The position numbers and the translations under genes were made by a program. Below, piece by piece: positions 59,095 through 64,000 of a stretch of DNA of 64,000 nucleotides (position 1 is its first letter; the number at the start of each line of letters is the position of its first letter). This stretch comes from Ignavibacteria bacterium (GTDB lineage Bacteria; Bacteroidota; Ignavibacteria; Kapaibacteriales; UBA4661): NCBI GenBank assembly GCA_947459425.1, contig CANHDJ010000007.1, positions 9,919-73,918 on the forward strand, read 5' to 3'. The notes beneath the pieces are model-generated. The model made no database searches, had not been told where the DNA came from, and worked only from the letters and a program-made list of their open reading frames with translations.

Positions 59095-59871
59095 ATGCTA
59101 GCACAATTTTTTTGCTGCGCGTGTGCATTTGCGCTGCTTTGCTCATTTTCGGCACAAGCAAATATTGACAATTCAGGCTTTACGGCACTTTTGTATGACC
59201 ACGTGAAAGATGGGCGCGTGAATTACAAAAGTATAAAGCAGGACAAGCGCCTTGCGGATTACCTCGCTCAACTTAGCAAAACCGACCCCAAGACGCTTTC
59301 CGGCAAAGACGAACTCGCTTTTTGGATCAATGTTTACAATGCCTTTACGCTCAAAGTGATGTGCGATAATTATCCGCTTAAAAGTATCACCGACCTCAAT
59401 AGCCCTAGTGGTGCGGGCGGGCTGATTTTTGCGACGATTGCCAAAAGCACAATATGGGACAAGCAATTCATTGAGATTAACGGCAAAAAATATTCACTCA
59501 ATGGCGTGGAAAACGACATTATTCGCACCAAAGGCGACCCGCGTGTGCATTTTGCGATGGTCTGTGCGGCAAAAAGCTGTCCCCCGCTCCGAAACGAAGC
59601 ATTTGAGTCTGCGAAACTCAATGAACAACTCGAAGACCAGGGGCGCATTTTCCTCGCACAAAACAAGAAGAATTGGTTTGATTTTAGCAAAAAAACGTGC
59701 CAAATCTCCAATATTTTTAACTGGTTCAAAGGTGATTTCGAGAAAACCGGAAAACCCGTTCTTCAGTATATAAGCCGCTTCCTGCCAAAAGAGCAAGGCG
59801 AAATGTTACTTGCGAATGCTAACAATTTTTCCGTAAATTACACCGAATACGATTGGAGCATTAACGAATAA
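59095..59871 (+). CDS. DUF547-domain protein
   Basis: VNYK, LAFWINVYNA, SLNGVENDIIR, DPRVHFAMVCAAKSCP.L, IFNWFKGDF, YDWSINE. Confidence 0.93.
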   Translation: MLAQFFCCACAFALLCSFSAQANIDNSGFTALLYDHVKDGRVNYKSIKQDKRLADYLAQLSKTDPKTLSGKDELAFWINVYNAFTLKVMCDNYPLKSITDLNSPSGAGGLIFATIAKSTIWDKQFIEINGKKYSLNGVENDIIRTKGDPRVHFAMVCAAKSCPPLRNEAFESAKLNEQLEDQGRIFLAQNKKNWFDFSKKTCQISNIFNWFKGDFEKTGKPVLQYISRFLPKEQGEMLLANANNFSVNYTEYDWSINE

Positions 59872-59879
59872 CAACCGCC

Positions 59880-60569
59880 ATGGTGTCGCTTATCATCCCA
59901 ACGCTGAACGAAGCCGCACGTGTCGAGGCGCTTGCGGATGCACTTTGCAAACTCCCCGACGGGGAATGTATTTTTGCCGATGGCGGCAGCACCGATGGCA
60001 CACAGGCGAAATTGGAGCGTCTCGCCGAACGGTATCCGAACTGCCGATGGATAGGCGCTCCCAAGGGGCGTGGTCGGCAGATGAATGCTGGTGCGGAGGT
60101 TGCCAAGGGCGAATGGCTTCTGTTTCTCCACGCCGACACAGACCTTCCGGCGGCATCCTATCAGCATTTTCTTACGTTGACCCAATCACTACCGCTTCTG
60201 AGCGCCGGAGCATTTACGTTTCGCATAGCGCATGAACGCAAGGTGTACCGATACTTAGAGTGGTACGTGGCGCAGCGCTGTCGTTGGTTGAAATTGCCCT
60301 TTGGCGACCAAGCTATTTTTGCTCGTCATGACGTATTCAAGCGCTTGGGCGGTTATCGTGAGGATTTTCCGTTGATGGAAGATGTCGAATTTGTTGAAAG
60401 AGCCAATAAGGATGCGGGTTTTCGCGTCATTGAAGCCCCTGTCTTTACCTCCGCCCGGCGCTATGAGAGCGAAGGCTATTGGAGACGAGCGTGCGGTAAT
60501 GTATATTTGCAGGTTCTCTATCGCTTGGGCGTACATCCGGAGCGCCTTGCAAAGCGATATTACCGTTAA
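59880..60569 (+). CDS. TIGR04283-type (arsenosugar-associated) GT2 glycosyltransferase
   Basis: SLIIPTLNEA, DGGSTDGT, GRGRQMNAGA, LFLHADT, PFGDQ, PLMED, TSARR. Confidence 0.85.
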   Translation: MVSLIIPTLNEAARVEALADALCKLPDGECIFADGGSTDGTQAKLERLAERYPNCRWIGAPKGRGRQMNAGAEVAKGEWLLFLHADTDLPAASYQHFLTLTQSLPLLSAGAFTFRIAHERKVYRYLEWYVAQRCRWLKLPFGDQAIFARHDVFKRLGGYREDFPLMEDVEFVERANKDAGFRVIEAPVFTSARRYESEGYWRRACGNVYLQVLYRLGVHPERLAKRYYR

Positions 60570-61813
60570 TGATTGAACAACTTTCTTCGCACCAAACTCT
60601 CGTATTCATGCGCTTTCTCAGCATTGTTGCCTTGTCCATATTCTTCGTGCCATGCGTCTTTTGTCTGCCGATTTCGCTCTACGCCCAAGAACGCTCCGCG
60701 ACTGCTACGCAAAGCAGTACCGAAGCCACTATAGAACCACCTTCGCGGACAGGTTGGCGTATTTTGCCTGTGCCGGGCTATGCGCCGGAAACTTTGCTTT
60801 CTTTGACGGTTGGCGGACTGTATTATTTCCCGCAGCCGGATAATAGCGATTCAACAAGCCGCTTGAACCAGATTTTTGGCGGTGTGCAGTACACGTTGCG
60901 GAATCAGTTTGTCGTTAGTGTGCTACCGGAACTGTACTTTAACCGTGAAAATATACGCCTTTTCGGGCAGTTTGAGGTTTCGCGGTATCCCGATTTTTTT
61001 TATGGCGTAGGAAATAGTATGCCCGAAAGTAACCGCGAGGCATTCACGATATTTCGGGCGGCGGCGATAGGCAGTTTGTGGTGGAGTTTAAATGGGAAAG
61101 GCATTAGAAACGGCATCAATGCTGGTGTTCGATTCGATATTGATTATCAAAATGTTATTGAACGCCAAGCCGTCGGGCTTTTAGCAAACGAAGGCGTGGA
61201 TTCTATCGCAGGGCGCAATGGAGGCTTATTGGCGGGTTTGGGGCTGACGCTCAATTACGACACCCGCGACGTAGCCGTCTCTGCACGGAAAGGGGAGTTT
61301 TTTGACCTGCGGTTGCTGCCCTACACGCGGCTTTTGGGCAGTGCTTTCGAGGGGTGGCGCGGAACGCTGGAATTGCGAAAATATTGGACGTTTAATGAGC
61401 CAAATGCAGAATCAAACGGCTTGGCACACACGCTTGGTGTGCAGTGGTTTACCGATGTAATGACGGGTAACATCCCATTTTTTCGACTGGGACTTTTGGG
61501 GCAGAATGTCAGTGGGGTTGCTTTGGGGCGCGGCTACTTTGGTGGGCGCTTCCGCGACAAGGTTTTAAGCTATGTTCAGGCTGAATATCGCTTCCCGATA
61601 TTTTGGCGTTTTGGCGGTGTGGTTTTTGCTGGAACGGGTAATGTTGCCGCTACGCCATCGGCGTTTGACTTCACAACGCTGAAACACAGTGTCGGTGCGG
61701 GGGTGCGGTTTGCGTTGGTGCCAGAAGAGCGTATCAATTTGCGGATTGATGTCGGATACGGCTTTGCTACGCAGAGTTTCTATCCTTACGTTTCTTTCAC
61801 CGAAGCATTTTGA
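60569..61813 (+). CDS. BamA/TamA (Omp85-like) barrel without POTRA domains
   Basis: LPVPGYAPET, FYGVGN, YDTRD, RGYFGGRFRD, QAEYR, NLRIDVGYG, terminal EAF; start 60569 or 60608. Confidence 0.8.
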   Translation: MIEQLSSHQTLVFMRFLSIVALSIFFVPCVFCLPISLYAQERSATATQSSTEATIEPPSRTGWRILPVPGYAPETLLSLTVGGLYYFPQPDNSDSTSRLNQIFGGVQYTLRNQFVVSVLPELYFNRENIRLFGQFEVSRYPDFFYGVGNSMPESNREAFTIFRAAAIGSLWWSLNGKGIRNGINAGVRFDIDYQNVIERQAVGLLANEGVDSIAGRNGGLLAGLGLTLNYDTRDVAVSARKGEFFDLRLLPYTRLLGSAFEGWRGTLELRKYWTFNEPNAESNGLAHTLGVQWFTDVMTGNIPFFRLGLLGQNVSGVALGRGYFGGRFRDKVLSYVQAEYRFPIFWRFGGVVFAGTGNVAATPSAFDFTTLKHSVGAGVRFALVPEERINLRIDVGYGFATQSFYPYVSFTEAF

Positions 61814-61932
61814 GCCAGCAAAGTCTCTCCATTGCTTGCTTCTCACGGTTTTGTTCTGCCGACTATTTTGGGTGAAAATATTTGAACAACAATTCTTTTT
61901 CAAATACTATTCAAAGGGAAAAGGGGATAACT

Positions 61933-63174
61933 ATGAAAAAAGTTTTCAAGTATGGTTTGATGCTGCTTGGCGGCATTATTGGGCTGATAGGCGTGGCGGT
62001 GGCGGCGATGTATTGGAGTGATTTCCCGCGTTACGACACATCCATTCCAACGCTCACGATTGATTACACGCCCACACGGGTCGAGCGGGGACGCAAACTG
62101 GCTTCCATGCTGTGCGTGGAATGTCATCAAAACCCCGAAACTAAGCAAATTACAGGGCGATTGATGTTTGATTTGCCACCGGAATTTGGTACGGTTTATA
62201 CAAAAAATATCACGCAGCACCCGACAAAAGGCATTGGTGCTTGGTCGGATGGTGAGTTGGTGTCCATGCTTCGCACCGGGATTCATCCCAAAACCGGACG
62301 TGCCGTGCCGCCGTACATGATTAAGCTGCCAATGATGGCAGATGAAGATGTATTTTCCATTATTGCATGGCTTCGTTCTTCCGACCCAATGGTGCAGCCT
62401 CTCGACGTAGATAATACGCCATCCTCGCCGTCGCTCTTGACGAAATTTCTCATGCGTGTTGTCATTAAGCCCTTTGCGTATCCCACCAAACCTATCGTTT
62501 TGCCAGACTCAAACAATAAGGTCGCGCTTGGAAAATATCTCGTGAGCAATCTCGGATGTAATGATTGCCATGCCGCCGACGTTACCAAGGTCAACGCCCT
62601 CGAAATTGAGAAAACACCGGGCTTCATGGGTGGCGGGAGCAATTGGACGGATGTCAACCGCAAAGTTCTCTATGCCGCAAATATTACCTTTGATGTCGAA
62701 ACAGGCATTGGTTCGTGGTCGGAAGCAGATTTCCGCCGCGCCATGCACGATGGCATACGCCCCGACGGAAAACCACTGCTCTACCCGATGGAGCGAAAAG
62801 TACAACTGACTGACCACGAAATAAGCTCTATCTACGCGTACCTCAAGACCGCACCACCTCTCAAAAATAGCCGCAAACCAGCCGAAGAATATACGCTTGC
62901 GGCAGATGCTTCGGCGGGGTTGAAGGTCTATACTAAATACGGCTGTCAGCGTTGTCACGGCGAAAGCGGCTTGGGAATTGGGGATTTGCGCCAAGCGGAC
63001 AAGAAATATCCCAATGATTCCACGCTGACCGATGTTATCAAACATTCCAGCAAATATTTCCCCGAAACGGTGATGATTCAATGGGACGGCATCATCAAAG
63101 AAGAGGAATATGCGCCGCTCTGCGCACACGTCCGCGAACTTGGACGCAAAGCCAGTACACGGGCTTCGCGGTAA
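61933..63174 (+). CDS. membrane-anchored triheme cytochrome c
   Basis: CVECH, CNDCH, CQRCH; repeated NIT....GIG.WS units. Confidence 0.92.
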   Translation: MKKVFKYGLMLLGGIIGLIGVAVAAMYWSDFPRYDTSIPTLTIDYTPTRVERGRKLASMLCVECHQNPETKQITGRLMFDLPPEFGTVYTKNITQHPTKGIGAWSDGELVSMLRTGIHPKTGRAVPPYMIKLPMMADEDVFSIIAWLRSSDPMVQPLDVDNTPSSPSLLTKFLMRVVIKPFAYPTKPIVLPDSNNKVALGKYLVSNLGCNDCHAADVTKVNALEIEKTPGFMGGGSNWTDVNRKVLYAANITFDVETGIGSWSEADFRRAMHDGIRPDGKPLLYPMERKVQLTDHEISSIYAYLKTAPPLKNSRKPAEEYTLAADASAGLKVYTKYGCQRCHGESGLGIGDLRQADKKYPNDSTLTDVIKHSSKYFPETVMIQWDGIIKEEEYAPLCAHVRELGRKASTRASR

Positions 63175-63190
63175 CCTGTCTGATGGAGAA

Positions 63191-63229
63191 AGCGGGCTCT
63201 GTTCGGCACGGAAAAGCGAACAGCCCGCT
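63191..63229. terminator. hairpin between convergent genes
   Basis: AGCGGGCT(CT)GTTCG ... CGAACAGCCCGCT; no long T-run. Confidence 0.5.
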
Positions 63230-63249
63230 ATCGGACGAGAAGAGTGCTT

Positions 63250-64000
63250 CTATTCCTCCAGCAAATCCATCCTCAAGCGTGCCTCTTCAAGGTCAAGTTC
63301 ACGCTCAATTTTTCGCACGATTTCGTCGCTGGCTTTGCCCTGTTTACGGAGATTTTTCGCTATATCGCGCTCTACTTCCAAAAGTTCAATTTGCAGGGTG
63401 AGAAATTGATTGAAAGTCTCGGTTGCTGTGGAAGAAGTACTGCCCTGCGCACTTGTGCTGCGGAGCGGAAGGTCGGTTTTTTGGAGACGATGAAATTTAA
63501 TCTCGTATTTATCCTTGATGCGGGCAAGAATACTGTCATTGACCAGCGCAAAATTGTCCTCAATGTGAGCAATAGAGCCGTTGACTACCAGCATCCGTGT
63601 TTCGTATTCTTCCGCAAGCGGCGAGTACGCGGGTAGTTTCAAGCGCCGAATAAGCCAAGGCAACGTCAATCCAAAAATAACAAGCGTGAAAATTACCACA
63701 CAAAAGGTAAGAAAAATAATAAGATTACGATTCGGAAATGGCGTATTTGCGCCCGCCGTGAGCGGTATCGCCAGCGCCGCCGCCATCGAAACGACTCCCC
63801 GCATACCCGACCACCCAAACACCGCCATATAGCGCTTGTCGTAAAATTCACGCTCCCGAATACGCTTGCTCAAAGCGCGTGGTATCAGGGACGACGGGAC
63901 AACCCAGATAAAGCGTACCACCACAACAACCAAACTCACCGCAAGCCCGTACCAAAGCAGCGTTCCGAAGGAAAAATCGCCTAAGCCCTCTAAAACACGC
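63250..64000 (-). CDS. CPA1-family Na+/H+ antiporter, C-terminal part (5' end outside the window)
   Basis: WSGMRGVVSMAAALAIP, FPNRNLI, GLTLPWLIRRL, RELDLEEARL; frame stays open to the edge. Confidence 0.92.
   Translation of the reverse strand, partial: RVLEGLGDFSFGTLLWYGLAVSLVVVVVRFIWVVPSSLIPRALSKRIREREFYDKRYMAVFGWSGMRGVVSMAAALAIPLTAGANTPFPNRNLIIFLTFCVVIFTLVIFGLTLPWLIRRLKLPAYSPLAEEYETRMLVVNGSIAHIEDNFALVNDSILARIKDKYEIKFHRLQKTDLPLRSTSAQGSTSSTATETFNQFLTLQIELLEVERDIAKNLRKQGKASDEIVRKIERELDLEEARLRMDLLEE

Noticed and set aside
1-64000. tRNA, rRNA, transposase or prophage genes
   Set aside because: None recognised in the intergenic gaps or ORF set by eye; small structured RNAs could have been missed without a covariance search.

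Overview
A gene-dense, mostly housekeeping chromosomal window from an FCB-group bacterium. Three proteins with type IX secretion (T9SS) C-terminal domains, barrel-OmpA fusions and TAnnTTTG-type promoters suggest Candidatus Kapabacteria or a relative; this is inference, not a database hit. Core genes are ssb, rsmI, guaA, ribH, wecB, hslO, dsbD, recG, secD, secF and dcd. I saw no rRNA, tRNA, CRISPR array, integrase or transposase. Worth a second look: (1) a co-oriented three-gene surface locus encoding an 8-Ig-domain T9SS cargo, a beta-barrel with two OmpA domains, and a second barrel; (2) an AAA/ABC ATPase plus TOPRIM-like DUF4276 pair and a RelE/ParE-like toxin-antitoxin pair on either side of guaA; (3) an RsmI with a ~160-aa repetitive Arg/Gly tail; (4) two families of dispersed REP-like palindromes, one with compensatory changes and bracketing ribH, plus a 124-bp MITE-like element; (5) a 32-codon uORF ending on the secD Shine-Dalgarno; (6) orphan crtW and arsenosugar-associated genes. 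Start codons were re-picked by eye where the ORF track over-extends. All family calls are motif recognition, not searches.
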